Shown in pieces: positions 18,913 to 28,353 of a stretch of DNA of 39,423 nucleotides (the first letter of the stretch is position 1; each line of letters opens with the position of its first letter). Location: positions 1-39,423 of the forward strand of contig JBPCTG010000033.1 of NCBI GenBank assembly GCA_051006395.1, written 5' to 3'. The notes beneath the pieces are model-generated. The model searched no databases. It worked only from the letters and a program-made list of their open reading frames with translations, and had not been told where the DNA came from. The DNA is from Candidatus Limnocylindrus sp. (GTDB taxonomy: Bacteria; Chloroflexota; Limnocylindria; Limnocylindrales; Limnocylindraceae). The position numbers and the translations under genes were made by a program.

Positions 18913-20154
18913 CTAGCGACGGAACCGCGCGAGGAAGCCCTTGGCGGCGGCCGCGATCCGACCGCCCGCACCAGCCGACGGCTCCTCGACAACCCCCATC
19001 TCACCCATCCCCTTGGCGACCCAAGAGAAGAGGCCGAGGATGGCTGCCTGCTGGGGGCCGCGGAAGTCGTCAAGGAGTCCCATGACGGGGCCTTCTGGGG
19101 CGGCGACTCGCACCGGGGCGCGCAAGATCTCACGGGCGAGCACGTCGATCCCTTGGAGCTGCGCCCCGCCACCCGTCAACACCACGCCTGCGCTCGTCGC
19201 CTCAGGGCCGGCTGCGGCAACCACGCCGCTCACCATCTCAAGGAGCTCGCGCATGCGCGCTTCGATGATGCGGGCGAGTTCAAGTCGGTCGATGCGTCGG
19301 CCGCCCGGCTCGTCAGGGACCGTGTACTGCTCGTTGAGCGAGACGGTACGAAGGTCACACGTTCCGTAGTTCACCTTCAGCTCCTCGGCCGCGGCGAGGC
19401 TTGTCTTCAGGCCGATCGCAACGTCGCGGGTCACGAACGCCGCGCCGATCGGCAGCACCGCTGAATGCACGACGGCATTCAGGTGGAAGACTGCGATGTC
19501 GCACGTCTCAGCACCGATATCGACGAGCACCGTGCCCAGCTCGCGCTCCGTCTCCGAGAGCGTCAGCTCCGACGCAGCGAGCGACGCGGGGACGAACTCG
19601 TCAACGGAGATCCCCGCCGCCTGCACGCACTTCTCGAGATTCTGCACCGCGGTCATTGAGGCGGTGATGAGATGCGCTCGCGCCTCGAGGCGATAGGCGA
19701 TCATCCCTCGTGGCTGCTGGATCCCCTCTTGGCCGTCCACGATGTATGACGATGGAAGGACGTTGAGGAGCATCCGCGAGCTTGGCACCTGGATCGCGCG
19801 GCAGACCTCGAGGACGCGATCGACATCGTCGTCGCGGATCTCACGATCGGGGCTCGCCACAGCAACCTGACCTGAGGAGTTCTGCCCCTCGACGTGCGTG
19901 CCGGAGAGGGTCACGGCGGCATGCTCAATGCGATAGCCGGAGAGTCGCTCCGCCTTCTCGACCGCCTCCTTGATCGCTGCGCCCGTCTTCTCGATGTCCG
20001 TGACGACACCACGGCGCAGTCCGGTGTTGGCGGCGGTCCCCTTTCCGATGACCGAGATCGATCCGTTGTCGCCGCTGATGTGCGCGATCGCGCAGGCGAC
20101 CTTGGAGGTCCCCACGTCGATCACCGCGATCGTGGTGTAGCGCTCGTCTGTCAT
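18913..20154 (-). CDS. ftsA: Cell division protein FtsA (actin-like ATPase)
   Basis: 413 aa. IAVIDVGTSKVACAI, VLVDIGAETCDIAVF, and GVVLTGGGAQLQGI. SD GGGAGG upstream. Confidence 0.92.
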   Translation of the reverse strand: MTDERYTTIAVIDVGTSKVACAIAHISGDNGSISVIGKGTAANTGLRRGVVTDIEKTGAAIKEAVEKAERLSGYRIEHAAVTLSGTHVEGQNSSGQVAVASPDREIRDDDVDRVLEVCRAIQVPSSRMLLNVLPSSYIVDGQEGIQQPRGMIAYRLEARAHLITASMTAVQNLEKCVQAAGISVDEFVPASLAASELTLSETERELGTVLVDIGAETCDIAVFHLNAVVHSAVLPIGAAFVTRDVAIGLKTSLAAAEELKVNYGTCDLRTVSLNEQYTVPDEPGGRRIDRLELARIIEARMRELLEMVSGVVAAAGPEATSAGVVLTGGGAQLQGIDVLAREILRAPVRVAAPEGPVMGLLDDFRGPQQAAILGLFSWVAKGMGEMGVVEEPSAGAGGRIAAAAKGFLARFRR

Positions 20155-20272
20155 TGCTCTGATCCTCCCTCTCCCGTAACAGTTGCGGCGATCATACCCC
20201 CCAGATGGAGGTGCGAGTCGCGCCGTGCGACGCGCGGAGCGAACTGACCCAAGGTCTTCAACTGAGCGGATC

Positions 20273-21340
20273 TCATGGAGATGCTGTCGGGTTCACGGTG
20301 CTGCTGGGTGCGGGTGAAGGCGAGGGCAAAGGGGTTGCCCCGCCGCCCGCAGGGGGCGGTACCACCCCACGATCCGTGTAGGTGCCCGCGCGCGCGTCGG
20401 CGAGGATGATCCAGCCAATCCGCCCCTCGCCACGAGCCAGCAGGCTGCGCAGCAGGCGAACCTGTTCTGGGATCATCGTCGGTGGCCGTAGGTTGCTGGT
20501 GTACGTGCCGAAGACGGCGGTCCATTCTGCATCAGCGGGCCCGCCGCGCGCGGTAATTAGGATCCCCCAGTCTGGGTCGACGCGCAGCACCACCTCCGTC
20601 GCCTCGCTGCCGAAATCGCTCGGTACGAGCGAGGTGAGCCGAGTGGCCGCATCGAAGAGCGCCGCTGAGATGCTCCCGCCGAGCTCAATGGTGACGTCGG
20701 CGCGGGCGTCGGTAATGAGCGGAAGCGCCCCGACGACAGATGCGGCGCTCGGAGCAAGCAGGGGTGAGTCGGCCGTTGCGACTACGCTCCCAGCGCCATC
20801 AACAAGGTAGGTCACGCGGTTCGCCTCCCATCGAAGGAGCGGGGCGCGCTCAGCAATGTCGATCTGAATCGTTCCAGGGAGACCCGCACGCACGTGGACG
20901 CTCGAAATCATCGGGAGCGCGCCGATCCCCACCTCGGCGCTACGCAGGCGTGCGGCGAGCAGGTTCTCGCCGGCGACGATCCCTGAAGCAGCAACGATTG
21001 ACGTCGAATCAACAAGGCTCGCACCAGAGACAGTGATCGCGGTGATCGGCAGAGAGCTCCCTGTAGCAACGGGGGCTGGCGCCACCACCGCCGCCAGGAT
21101 GAGTAGCACCGCGGCGAAGCGACGCAGGAGCGTGATGACGCGCGGTGATGGGCTCAGTGCGATAGCGATGCGCTCAATCGAGCGTTGTCGTGGGCGTCGA
21201 CCCCCCTCGACCTTCGGCGTGACGGGGGTTGCCCTAGCTGCGCGCCGCAAGCCACTGAGTCCGGCGCGAACGCCAGGTGGCACCTCATTCGCGCGAAAGG
21301 GGCGTGCCCCGTCACGTGGTGGGCGTTTAGCGTCACTCAT
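20273..21340 (-). CDS. ftsQ: Cell division protein FtsQ/DivIB (POTRA domain)
   Basis: 355 aa. Basic cytoplasmic N-terminus, one TM segment (FAAVLLILAAVVAPAP), and POTRA-like ITAITVSGASLVDSTSIVAASGIVAGENLL. Positioned between ddl and ftsA. Confidence 0.75.
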   Translation of the reverse strand: MSDAKRPPRDGARPFRANEVPPGVRAGLSGLRRAARATPVTPKVEGGRRPRQRSIERIAIALSPSPRVITLLRRFAAVLLILAAVVAPAPVATGSSLPITAITVSGASLVDSTSIVAASGIVAGENLLAARLRSAEVGIGALPMISSVHVRAGLPGTIQIDIAERAPLLRWEANRVTYLVDGAGSVVATADSPLLAPSAASVVGALPLITDARADVTIELGGSISAALFDAATRLTSLVPSDFGSEATEVVLRVDPDWGILITARGGPADAEWTAVFGTYTSNLRPPTMIPEQVRLLRSLLARGEGRIGWIILADARAGTYTDRGVVPPPAGGGATPLPSPSPAPSSTVNPTASP

Positions 21341-22455
21341 CGCAGGCTCTTCACCGGGCGGGCGACCGCGGTCTCGACGAGCAGCACACAGAGGTCGGCA
21401 AACGAGGTCCCTGCCGCCTCGACGAGCTTCGGATACAACGAGATCGGTGTGAAGCCTGGGAAGGTGTTCACCTCCGACATGAACCAGCCACTGCCGTCGC
21501 GCGGGGCGAGAAAGTCCAACCGGGCGAGCCCACGTCCGCCAGATGCGACGAAGAGCCTGCGCGCCGCGGCAAGAAGCTCGTTGCGAAGTGTGGCGTCGAG
21601 CGCAGGCTCGGTACTTGTGCGCGAGACCCCAGGGGCGTACTTCGCCTCGTAGTCGTAGAAGTCGTGACCAGGGAAGACCTCGCCGGGCCCATAGGCCTCG
21701 ACGCTACCGTCGGGTCGCTCCAAGAGCGCGACCTCAAGTTCGCGTGGGCGCTCAAGGTATGGTTCGAGCAGAGCACGATCGCCGTACTCAAGGGCAAGGT
21801 CGACCGCCGCCGCCCACTCAGCTGAGGTACGCGCGATCTTCATGCCGATCGACGAACCGTGTGCGGCGGGCTTCCCCATCAGCGCACCATCAGGGGCGGC
21901 GCTACGAGCGAACTGCTCAATCGCAGCACTCGTTCGCTCGCGACCGCCCGGCGCCTGCCACTCGGCGGCGCTCACGACGAAGTGGGGAAGAACGGCAACG
22001 CCGATGCTTGCCGCGAGATCCTTGAAGCGCGGCTTGTCCATGCCGAGCGCAGCAGCGGTGGGCTCCGCCCCCACGTAGTTGATCCCCGCGGCGGCGAGGA
22101 GGGCCTGTACCGCGCCATCTTCGTCGCCTGGACCGTGCAGGGCGGGAATTGCAACCACGCCTGGGGCCGCGAGGTGCTGCTCGCTCAGGAGCTCAGCGAG
22201 ATCACGCGAACGTGGTGCGCCAAGTTCTCTCGCAGCGTCGGTAGCCGTATACGCCGCAGCTGGCCGCTCGCCGCGCAGGTGCCCCGCAGGAAGGACTAGG
22301 GCGCTGCCATCACGCGTGATGAGGAGCTGCGTCACGGCGGCACCTCGACCGAGCAGCGCCGCAGCAATCGCACTCCCTGAGACGACCGAGATCTCAGCCT
22401 CGGCGCTCTTGCCGCCGTAGAGGAGCAGGATCGGCGGGAGTTCCTTTGCGCTCAT
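21337..22455 (-). CDS. ddl: D-alanine--D-alanine ligase
   Basis: 372 aa. ILLLYGGKSAEAEISVVSG, LHGPGDEDGAVQ, KPAAHGSSIGM, and SEVNTFPGFT. Confidence 0.93.
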   Translation of the reverse strand: MSAKELPPILLLYGGKSAEAEISVVSGSAIAAALLGRGAAVTQLLITRDGSALVLPAGHLRGERPAAAYTATDAARELGAPRSRDLAELLSEQHLAAPGVVAIPALHGPGDEDGAVQALLAAAGINYVGAEPTAAALGMDKPRFKDLAASIGVAVLPHFVVSAAEWQAPGGRERTSAAIEQFARSAAPDGALMGKPAAHGSSIGMKIARTSAEWAAAVDLALEYGDRALLEPYLERPRELEVALLERPDGSVEAYGPGEVFPGHDFYDYEAKYAPGVSRTSTEPALDATLRNELLAAARRLFVASGGRGLARLDFLAPRDGSGWFMSEVNTFPGFTPISLYPKLVEAAGTSFADLCVLLVETAVARPVKSLR

Positions 22456-23423
22456 GATCGACTCGTGGGCGCATCGTCGCCGATGAAGACGATCTCGCTC
22501 TCCAGGTGCACGCCAGCGCTGCGCTGGACCTCACTGATGCAGAGGTCGTGCAGGGCACGAACATCGTTGGCGGTCGCCCCGCCACGGTTCAGGATCCAAT
22601 TCGCATGCAGCAGCGAGATCTCGGCGCCGCCGATGGTCCGCCCCTTTAACCCCACCGCCTCGATGAGCGCGCCGGCGCTGAGCGACCCGGGCGGATTGCG
22701 GAAGACGCTCCCGGCGCTCGGCACGCCGAGCGGTTGGTGGTCACGACGCCACGTTCGAATCTCTTCAAGTCGCTCCTTGATCAACGCAGGCTCACCGTGA
22801 CGAAGGGCGAAGGATGCGCCGAGCACCACACTCCCCGCTCCAGCTGCGTGCTTGAGCTGCGAGTCGCGATAGCTGAATGCGAGGCTTGCAGCGGCGACCT
22901 CCTCCTCACTCCCATCGGGGCGCAGGATCGTCGCCGTGCGCAACACATCTGCAATCTCTGTGCCGTGCGCCCCAGCGTTCGCCCAGACGGCGCCGCCGAT
23001 GTTTCCGGGAATTGCTAGGGCGAATTCCATGCCGGTGAGCCCCGCATCGGCGGCGAGGGTCGCCGCGCGCGCCATCGGCACGCCGGAGTCGAGGCGCATC
23101 TCGCCGCTTGCAGCCTCGACCTCGCTCGCCGCGCTGCGATTCAAGACGACGATCCCGCGCACGCCTCTGTCGGATACCACCACGTTGCTGCCACGCCCGA
23201 GCACCAGGAGCGGCCAACCGCGACTCACCGAAAGGCGCACGATGCCGCGCAGGGCGAAGCGATCTTTCACCGTCACAAGCAGATCGGCGGGGCCGCCCAC
23301 ACGCATCGTGGTGTGCGACGCAAGTGGCTCGTCGCGCTCAGCGCGTAACCCGAGGCGACGCTCTATCTCGCGAGCGGCCTCGTCACGCTCAGCCCATACC
23401 CCCAACGCCGTCTTTTTACTCAT
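22452..23423 (-). CDS. murB: UDP-N-acetylenolpyruvoylglucosamine reductase
   Basis: 323 aa. LASHTTMRVGGPADLL, LVLGRGSNVV, PGNIGGAVWANAGAHG, and AGSVFRNP. Confidence 0.92.
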   Translation of the reverse strand: MSKKTALGVWAERDEAAREIERRLGLRAERDEPLASHTTMRVGGPADLLVTVKDRFALRGIVRLSVSRGWPLLVLGRGSNVVVSDRGVRGIVVLNRSAASEVEAASGEMRLDSGVPMARAATLAADAGLTGMEFALAIPGNIGGAVWANAGAHGTEIADVLRTATILRPDGSEEEVAAASLAFSYRDSQLKHAAGAGSVVLGASFALRHGEPALIKERLEEIRTWRRDHQPLGVPSAGSVFRNPPGSLSAGALIEAVGLKGRTIGGAEISLLHANWILNRGGATANDVRALHDLCISEVQRSAGVHLESEIVFIGDDAPTSRS

Positions 23424-24574
23424 CGCTGATCACCCTCTGCGCCTTGATCGGCGACGCCTCGCGCGCCGCTGCGCTGCGAGGCGATGCGCCGGAGGATCGA
23501 AGCGATCGCGTCGGCGGCGTCGGGTCGCGCGATTGATCGCGCTGCAGCTGCGGCAGCATTACGTGCTGCTGGGGCGTGGAAGTACTCCAGTGCTTCGGTG
23601 AGGCGCTTTGGCGTGCAATCCGCATCGTCGATGAGAAGCCCGGCGCCCGCAGCGACGAACGCCGCAGCATTCGCGCGCTGGTGACCGCCCGCATACGGAT
23701 ATGGCACGAGCACTGCGGGGAGCCCCGCCGCCGCAGCTTCGGCAATCGTCGAAGCCCCAGCGCGACCAAGCAGCAGGTCGGCGGCAAGGAGCGCCTCCTC
23801 CATCGCACCCCTCAGGAGCATCTCAACAGGGCGATAGCGATCACGAAGGTGCGCGGGCAACTCGGCGCGGCGTGCCTCTGCCGCCGCAATCCCATCACCA
23901 ACGGCGTGGAGCACACGCCAGCCGCTGAGTGTCGATTCAAGTGCGCCGTTCAGCGCCAACTCGAGGCGAAGCGCGCGCTGCGACCCACCGAAGGCGAGGA
24001 GGAGGAGCTCGCCGTCGCCGACGCCGAGGGCGCGGCGCGCGGCGATGCGTGAGGTCGTCGTCAGGTCGCGCACGGGGGTGCCGGTGTGGTGGGTCGCGGC
24101 GTCACTCCACGGCGCATGAGCCCGCGTCGCCTCCCAGGCGACGGCGCGCTCGGTGGCGAGCCTGGCGACGAGTCGGTTGCTGCGCCCCGCGACGACGTTC
24201 CCCTCCCAAAGGAGGCTCGGCGTGCGCGTCAGCGCAGCCGCAACCAGCACTGGGATCGCGATGTAGCCACCGGTTGAGAAGACGACGTCGGGTTGCACCC
24301 GGCGAATCAGCGCGATCGACTGCGGCAGCGAACGAACGAGCGCGATCACGTCGCGGGCAGCGGCGAGTAGGCCGGCACCTGCAGGTCGCAGGCTTGGAGC
24401 GGCGAGGAGAGTCAACGGAAACCCCTCAGCGGCGACGAGGCGCGACTCGATGCCGCGCCGCCCACCCACCCAGTGGATCTCAGCTGCGGGGTCGAGGCGA
24501 CGGACCGTACGGGCTACGGCGAACCCGGGGAAGAGATGTCCCCCGGTCCCGCCGCCCGCGATCAGTACGCGCAT
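23420..24574 (-). CDS. murG: UDP-N-acetylglucosamine--LipidI N-acetylglucosaminyltransferase MurG
   Basis: MRVLIAGGGTGGHLFPGFAVA is the canonical MurG N-terminus, with SD GGAGG 5 nt upstream of ATG 24574. The track's 24694 start adds a junk-like extension. Confidence 0.92.
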   Translation of the reverse strand: MRVLIAGGGTGGHLFPGFAVARTVRRLDPAAEIHWVGGRRGIESRLVAAEGFPLTLLAAPSLRPAGAGLLAAARDVIALVRSLPQSIALIRRVQPDVVFSTGGYIAIPVLVAAALTRTPSLLWEGNVVAGRSNRLVARLATERAVAWEATRAHAPWSDAATHHTGTPVRDLTTTSRIAARRALGVGDGELLLLAFGGSQRALRLELALNGALESTLSGWRVLHAVGDGIAAAEARRAELPAHLRDRYRPVEMLLRGAMEEALLAADLLLGRAGASTIAEAAAAGLPAVLVPYPYAGGHQRANAAAFVAAGAGLLIDDADCTPKRLTEALEYFHAPAARNAAAAAARSIARPDAADAIASILRRIASQRSGARGVADQGAEGDQR

Positions 24575-25817
24575 CAGTACCTCCATATTCCGCCGCGCTC
24601 CCCGTCTCACGTGAGATGGAGAGGAGCAGCCCGATTGCCGCCAACAACACGACCATCGCAGATCCGCCTTGCGAGACGAGCGGGAGCGGCACACCCGTCA
24701 CCGGAAGAAGCGAAAGCACCACGCCGATGTTGATCATCGCCTGGCCGCAGATCCAGACGACGATCCCAAGTGCGAGCAGGGCACCAAACGTATCCGGTGC
24801 CTTGCGCGCAATGCCGATGCCACGAAGTGCGATCAGCAGGAAGGCAATCAACACCCCTGCGGCGCCGACCAGCCCAAGCTCCTGTCCGATGATTGCGTAG
24901 ATATAGTCGTTCCAGGCATATGGGATCGTCGGGGCGCCCAGAAGCTGCGAGCTGCCGGGGCCCTTCCCGGCGATTCCCCCCGAGACGATGCCGATCAGTC
25001 CTTGGATCGTTTGATAGGTGCCACCAGTTGGGTCGGAGAGCGGATCAAGGAAGCCGCCAAGCCGTGCCGATTGATAGCCACGCAGGGCAATGCTTGCTAC
25101 GCCGAGGAACGCTGCGCCTAGTCCCGTCGGCACCAGCCAGCGGAGCGGTAGCCCTCCAACGAAGAGCACGCTGAATCCAGTGACGCCGACAACCACCGCG
25201 GTGCCAAGGTCAGGCTCGAGCATGATCAGACCTGCACAGAGCAAGATCGCACCGCCAGCGGGGAGGATCGTTTCGCGGAAATCATCGAGGGTGTGGCCGC
25301 GCCGCGAAAGGAGATCTGCAAGATAGAGGACGACGGCGAGCTTCGCGAACTCTGCAGCGTGCACGCTGACTGGACCAACGACAAAGGCGCGATTGAGGTT
25401 GCGATCGGTGGTGACGAAGGGAAGGAGCACCGCGAAGAGCATTCCGAGCGCCACGAAGATCGCAGGGGTTGCAAGCCTCCGCCAGACGCGATAGTCGTAC
25501 TGCGAGATGAAGAGCATCACTCCGATCCCCAGGAGGGCGTAGAGCAGCTGGCGGCCGCCTGTGCCATACGGACCATCAGCGGTGTTGAGAAAGTTCATCG
25601 CTGAGGCGGAGAAGACCTCGAGGACACCGATACCGACCAGGGCAAGCGCCGAAAAGAGGATGAGGCGATCCTCGGCTGGGCGAAGTGGCAGAAGACGCGA
25701 GCCGAGGCGACCTCGGGCACGGCGCCCCCCCGCAGTTGCGGGTGCCGGGCTGCTCGCAAGATGCGCGCGAGCGCCGATCGTTCGAATGGAGGCGGGGCGC
25801 TCGACGACGCTCGTCAT
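24480..25817 (-). CDS. ftsW: SEDS-family peptidoglycan polymerase FtsW
   Basis: 445 aa, about 10 TM segments. QLGPSEFAK-type region AAEFAKLAVVLYLA, LEPDLGTAVV, and PLPLVSQGGSAM. Its Arg-rich tail overlaps murG. Confidence 0.9.
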   Translation of the reverse strand: MTSVVERPASIRTIGARAHLASSPAPATAGGRRARGRLGSRLLPLRPAEDRLILFSALALVGIGVLEVFSASAMNFLNTADGPYGTGGRQLLYALLGIGVMLFISQYDYRVWRRLATPAIFVALGMLFAVLLPFVTTDRNLNRAFVVGPVSVHAAEFAKLAVVLYLADLLSRRGHTLDDFRETILPAGGAILLCAGLIMLEPDLGTAVVVGVTGFSVLFVGGLPLRWLVPTGLGAAFLGVASIALRGYQSARLGGFLDPLSDPTGGTYQTIQGLIGIVSGGIAGKGPGSSQLLGAPTIPYAWNDYIYAIIGQELGLVGAAGVLIAFLLIALRGIGIARKAPDTFGALLALGIVVWICGQAMINIGVVLSLLPVTGVPLPLVSQGGSAMVVLLAAIGLLLSISRETGSAAEYGGTDARTDRGRRDRGTSLPRVRRSPYGPSPRPRS

Positions 25818-27382
25818 GCAAGTTCCCCCGCCGCGAGTCGCCGCACCGCATCCTTGAATGCGTCGCCGCGCGCACCGAACGGGTTGTTGAACATGTCGAA
25901 CGAAGACCCGATCGGGCTGAGCAGCACCGTCGCGCGGACACTCCCTGTCGGCGTAGCAACCTCGCGGGCGATGCGAGCTGCTGCGAGCGTCGCACCGTCG
26001 ATCCCGCCGCTGCTGCGTTCGATGCGCGCGAGCCCAGCGGCGCGGAAGGTCGACTCCAGTTCGTCGGAGAGCTCACCCATCACCACCGCGGCGCTACAGC
26101 GCTCGGCGACAACGCGCGCGAGATCGTGCAGGTCTGCCCCCTTGCTTCGCCCACCGGCGACCAAGACGAGCGGCTGCTCGAAGGAGCGAAGTGCGGCGGC
26201 GACCGCGTCGGGTTGAGTCGCCTGGCTGTCGTCAACGTAGCGAATGCCGTCGATCAGGGCGATCGGCTCAAGTCGGTGCGGGACGCCGGTGAACGACGCG
26301 ATTGCACGACGAATGGCGTCGGGGGCGACGCCGAGTGCGAGGCCCGCCGCAACGGCGGCGAGCACGTTGCTGACGCTGTGATCGCCGATCAGTGCGATCT
26401 CGCCGACCGGCGCAATCCGGCCGCCGGGGCCCGTCGCGGCGGCGGCGCCCGTTGGACCTGCGACCCCTGCCGCAACGATCCAGCCGTCAACGATCCCCAC
26501 CCCGCCGGGGATCGGCGCCTCGCGTCGATAGCCGATCGTCGTCACGCGCCCCTCACCCGCCAAGCCAGCGGTCACCGGATCGTCGAGGTTCACGATCAGC
26601 ACGCCGTCATCGGCGACACGCGCGGCGAGGAGGCGTTTCACGGCGCGGTAGCGATCGACTGTGCCGTGTCGATCGAGGTGATCGATGGTGATGTTGGTGT
26701 ACACCCCAACCTTCACGCTGCTGACGATCGAGGGGAGCTGCAACTCCGAGATCTCCATCACGACACGAGCGTTTGCCGCCAAGCTCGTGGCGCGTCCAAT
26801 CAACGGTCGGCCGTTGTTCCCGCCGAGCTCAACGGGGCGCGACGGATCTGCAGCGAGCATCGCGGCGATGAGTGCCGTGGTGGTGGTCTTTCCTTTCGTC
26901 CCAGTCACGCCGACAACGGTACGGTCGCCGAGCAGACGCAGCGTCCACTCCGGCTCGCTGATCAAGACCACGCCACGCGCTTCGCGATCGCCGCCAAGCG
27001 GAAGTGCGCGCGCGGCATATGCGCTGAGTGGGGCTGCGACCTGCTCCTTCACCGAGGGGAAGCCGAGCGTCACTGAAGGGCTGTGGACCACGAGCTGCGC
27101 CATTTCCAGCAACGGGGCGAGTGGAGCGTCTGGACCGAAGGCGAACGCCACACCGCTCCCCTGCAGTGCCGTGGTTGCCGCCTCGAGCGTCGCTGCAGCG
27201 GCGGTATCGTGCAGTGTCACCTTCGCACCGGCTGCTGCGGCGAATGCGGCAGTGGCCTGGCCCGTGCGCCCTGCGCCGAGCACGACGGTGAGGACACCGC
27301 GCAGGCTCCCAGCGGCGATCGCACCGGCTTCGAGATCGGCGAGGCGAATCCCGTCTGGTCCTGCGCCCATCGTGCCGCTCAC
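25814..27382 (-). CDS. murD: UDP-N-acetylmuramoylalanine--D-glutamate ligase
   Basis: 522 aa. VLGAGRTGQA, GVTGTKGKTTTTALIA, VDDSQATQPDA, AGGRSKGADL, and LLSPIGSSFDMF. Confidence 0.92.
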   Translation of the reverse strand: MSGTMGAGPDGIRLADLEAGAIAAGSLRGVLTVVLGAGRTGQATAAFAAAAGAKVTLHDTAAAATLEAATTALQGSGVAFAFGPDAPLAPLLEMAQLVVHSPSVTLGFPSVKEQVAAPLSAYAARALPLGGDREARGVVLISEPEWTLRLLGDRTVVGVTGTKGKTTTTALIAAMLAADPSRPVELGGNNGRPLIGRATSLAANARVVMEISELQLPSIVSSVKVGVYTNITIDHLDRHGTVDRYRAVKRLLAARVADDGVLIVNLDDPVTAGLAGEGRVTTIGYRREAPIPGGVGIVDGWIVAAGVAGPTGAAAATGPGGRIAPVGEIALIGDHSVSNVLAAVAAGLALGVAPDAIRRAIASFTGVPHRLEPIALIDGIRYVDDSQATQPDAVAAALRSFEQPLVLVAGGRSKGADLHDLARVVAERCSAAVVMGELSDELESTFRAAGLARIERSSGGIDGATLAAARIAREVATPTGSVRATVLLSPIGSSFDMFNNPFGARGDAFKDAVRRLAAGELA

Positions 27383-28353
27383 AGCCCCGCGTTGCGCGTT
27401 GCGAGGAAGGCGACAATCCCGAGGATCCCACCGATCGCACCGACAACCCAGAAGCGGAAGGTGATCTGCGTCTCGGCCCAGCCGAGTCGCTCGAAGTGAT
27501 GGTGGATCGGCGTGAAGAGGAAGACGCGTCGTCCAAGTAGCTTCACCGCAGCAACCTGAATGATCACCGAGCCCGTCTCGACGACGAAGATGATCCCGAT
27601 CAGCGGGAGGAGGAGCACATTGCCGGTGACGAGGCCGGTGACCGCGAGCGCTGCACCGAAGCCGAGTGCTCCAGTGTCACCGATGATCACGCTCGCAGGG
27701 TGAATGTTGAACCAGAGGAAGCCGATGAGCGATCCGGCGATGAGCGCGCAGACGAGGGCGAGGTTCGCCTGCCCTGGCGCATTGAGCAGGGCAATGACCA
27801 TGTAGCTGATCCAGGCAAAGACCATCGTCCCTCCCGAGAGGCCATCGAGCCCGTCGGTGAGGTTCACCCCGTTGCTCGTGGCGACGATCGCCACCACCGC
27901 CACGGCAATCCACAGGAGCGGTGCGATCCCCACTTCACCGACGAAGGGAACGACGAGCGAGGCGAAAGCGAAGTGCTGCTGCAAATAGATCGCGGCGATG
28001 ATCGCAACGACGATCTGCCAGGCGAGCTTCTGGCGCGCCGAGATCCCGTCGCCGGTTCGCGCGTTGAGCCAGTCGTCGAATGCGCCGACGAGCGAGACGC
28101 CGAGGAGGGCGAGCAGGACCGCGTAGGTTGATGCGTCAACGGCATCGAGGAGCAGGGCGAGCACGATGACAACGGCGACGAGAAGGAGGCCGCCCATCGT
28201 TGGGGTCCCCTCCTTCACGATGTGCCAATCGGGACCAAACTCTCGCCGTACGCGCTTGCCGAATCCTGTGTGACGGAGCAGGCGCAGGTAGGCGGGCATG
28301 ATCAGCCAGACGCAGGCGAACGAGAGGACCAGTGCCTGAACGATCGCGATCAT
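27379..28353 (-). CDS. mraY: Phospho-N-acetylmuramoyl-pentapeptide transferase
   Basis: 324 aa, polytopic. KEGTPTMGG, AFDDWLN, NGVNLTDGLDGL, and IIGDTGALGFG. Confidence 0.95.
   Translation of the reverse strand: MIAIVQALVLSFACVWLIMPAYLRLLRHTGFGKRVRREFGPDWHIVKEGTPTMGGLLLVAVVIVLALLLDAVDASTYAVLLALLGVSLVGAFDDWLNARTGDGISARQKLAWQIVVAIIAAIYLQQHFAFASLVVPFVGEVGIAPLLWIAVAVVAIVATSNGVNLTDGLDGLSGGTMVFAWISYMVIALLNAPGQANLALVCALIAGSLIGFLWFNIHPASVIIGDTGALGFGAALAVTGLVTGNVLLLPLIGIIFVVETGSVIIQVAAVKLLGRRVFLFTPIHHHFERLGWAETQITFRFWVVGAIGGILGIVAFLATRNAGL

Noticed and set aside
20151-20525. 124-aa minus-strand ORF spanning the ftsQ-ftsA gap.
   Set aside because: It is mostly out-of-frame overlap with the ftsQ 3' end, has a low-complexity translation, and its only unique part is the 118-nt intergenic region carrying the ftsA SD.
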